Origin: a virus
Taxonomy: Duplodnaviria; Heunggongvirae; Uroviricota; Caudoviricetes
Strand: one strand, 5' to 3'
DNA: 42,671 nucleotides
IMG/VR virus record: IMGVR_UViG_2529293144_000007
The notes under the pieces are model-generated. The model was not told the DNA's origin. It searched no databases and saw only the letters and a list, made by a program, of their open reading frames with translations. The first letter of the stretch is position 1. Each line of letters starts with the position of its first letter. A program made the translations under genes and the position numbers. Below are positions 40,970 to 42,671 of this stretch, piece after piece.

Positions 40970-42671
40970 TGAACTGGATCACAAAATTAGCGCCATCTTT
41001 TATTAAATAGTTATCGCCTTCATCAGGTTCTGAATACCATATTTTATGATGTGCAACAGCAAGGTTTTCTCGACATAGATACAGACCTACCCCATGTCCA
41101 TTTGCTCTTTTGCTATAAAATAGTTCAAATAGTCGCGGGATATCATCGGTATCAATTGCCGGACCAGAATTTGCTATGATAACCAAAGAATTCACAAAAC
41201 CAATCTTTATGAGCCTATTATTTGACAGACTGACCCAATACATTGCATTGTTGATAATATTAGTAAAAACAGGATAGATCCTTGATGGTATATCTGTTAT
41301 TGCGATTTGCTTAAACTCTTCACTAAATTCAATAGTTATTCGTTGCCGTTCGAAACGCTCCCCAAAGAACTTCAGGACATAATCCATGATATTTTTTCCA
41401 GTTATTCTCTGCCTGGATTGATAACCTGATATTTTCAAAGGTGATAAGAAACGTATTTGTTGAGTAAGCGATCTGTGAGCATTTAACGCCAATGAAAAAC
41501 CAGGGTGTTCTTTTACAGAAGTAGGAAGAGAGTTTAGTCCTCTGGTTACCATAGAATCCATTTCTTCAAGTTCATGAGATATTATCTCAACACTAATACC
41601 TAACTGTGCAAGCGCGTTTAAACTTTTAGCTTTTTCTTCAAAATATGAGCGTTCTTCTTCAGATAATGAGAATGCTGAATCTAAGTTTATACCTTCAAAT
41701 AATCTATCGAGACCTTTTATTATTGATTGATATTTGAAAGTTAGGGTATCAACTGACTCAACATATAAACTATCGAGCAAATTAAACACATTTTCAATTT
41801 GTGAATCATTATCTATTGAATCAACAACTGATATAGTTTTAGCATAATAATCACTTCGATCAACCTTTATTTCATCGGCCCATTTTTTTAAAAGAGAATG
41901 TATCTTCTCCTCTATCGTGTTATTAAACTTAGTTAGTTTAGAATTAATAATACCTTGATTTTTTTCAAGGTGATTTTTCGCTGACAATGAAGGCTCAAGT
42001 TTATTTAATTCAGAATCAAGTTTATTAATTGCTAACTTCATTTGTAGAATATACGCAGAGAACTCATTAAATTTATCTCTGTAGTCTCTATATTTCTCTT
42101 CATACATTCCAAGTTTTGGAGGTTTGATAGGCGTTTTAATTTCACTGCGCAACGCATCTAAGTTTGTAAGATCACTGTCTATAATTTTAAGATAGTTTAA
42201 ATCTAACGAACCATCAGTTTTATCAAGCTTAGTTTTCAGCCTTTTAACAGCCTCCAAGGAAGCATCAAGAACTGGTGTCTGATTCTTCAAAGCTTCTGAA
42301 AAACTTTTTTGTGTTGATTTTCGAGCTTGTTGTTGAGCAGATTTTCTTAACTCTTTTTCACGCTTAACTTGTTCTAAAAGCTCTTTACGGTCATCAGAAC
42401 GTGAACCAAAAAATCTATCAGCAAGTTCAGTTAACAAATTAGATATAATAGTTTTCAGTTCTCTTGCAGCCTGGTTTCTTATGAATCCCTCTCTCCCCGA
42501 CTTATCTTTCAGCTCTTTATTACTGGATTGAGTAATTCCAATATAACCAAAAATCCTTCTATTAGACCAATAATATCGCCCTGCATTCCATGAACGTCTT
42601 TCTTCTATCTGGAAGAAATCATTATCTACTCGACCATAAGGTAATACTCTCAAGCTATCCCTAAAAATCAT
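40953..42671 (-). CDS. histidine-kinase-like protein (coiled coil, H-box, HATPase_c); may continue beyond the window end
   Basis: H-box-like ISHELEEMDS about 105 aa upstream of N-box FTNIINNAMYW, G1-like ANSGPAID and G2 GHGVGLY; the Met at the window edge may be internal. Confidence 0.6.
   Translation of the reverse strand: MIFRDSLRVLPYGRVDNDFFQIEERRSWNAGRYYWSNRRIFGYIGITQSSNKELKDKSGREGFIRNQAARELKTIISNLLTELADRFFGSRSDDRKELLEQVKREKELRKSAQQQARKSTQKSFSEALKNQTPVLDASLEAVKRLKTKLDKTDGSLDLNYLKIIDSDLTNLDALRSEIKTPIKPPKLGMYEEKYRDYRDKFNEFSAYILQMKLAINKLDSELNKLEPSLSAKNHLEKNQGIINSKLTKFNNTIEEKIHSLLKKWADEIKVDRSDYYAKTISVVDSIDNDSQIENVFNLLDSLYVESVDTLTFKYQSIIKGLDRLFEGINLDSAFSLSEEERSYFEEKAKSLNALAQLGISVEIISHELEEMDSMVTRGLNSLPTSVKEHPGFSLALNAHRSLTQQIRFLSPLKISGYQSRQRITGKNIMDYVLKFFGERFERQRITIEFSEEFKQIAITDIPSRIYPVFTNIINNAMYWVSLSNNRLIKIGFVNSLVIIANSGPAIDTDDIPRLFELFYSKRANGHGVGLYLCRENLAVAHHKIWYSEPDEGDNYLIKDGANFVIQFNGVEF

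Larger units (their letters stand above)
37243..42671. mobile_element. P4-type-integrase genomic island (AT-rich), extends beyond the window end
   Basis: Begins at the ssrA 3' fragment with an intA-like integrase directly downstream, then AT-rich cargo genes. Confidence 0.65.

Overview
The window is a mosaic lambdoid prophage read in reverse orientation (about 1..37.3 kb), followed by a separate AT-rich island. The prophage carries a lambda-type tail module (partial stf, lom, J, I, K, L, M, H, G/T, V, U, Z), a head module with a protease-capsid fusion, portal, W and Nu1/A-type terminase, a phage-21-type pinholin/SAR-endolysin/Rz/Rz1 lysis cassette, a Q antiterminator, nin-region genes (two DNA methyltransferases, DUF968-like, KilA-N-like, RusA, LexA-N-domain protein), a replication initiator with in-gene iterons, a CII-like/Cro-like/CI-like immunity switch, and an early-left module with HD hydrolase, Xis and Int. 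It ends at a 37-nt ssrA (tmRNA) 3'-end fragment that looks like an att core. Beyond that lies a P4-type integrase island whose cargo is a histidine-kinase-like gene and a receiver-domain protein with a large unassigned C-terminal domain; this pair is the best candidate for an undescribed system. Other notable points are a 1-nt frameshift splitting J, a non-canonical G-T slippery site, and a structured GC-rich leader in the early-left region. All protein assignments come from reading the supplied translations and recalled family signatures; no database search was run.
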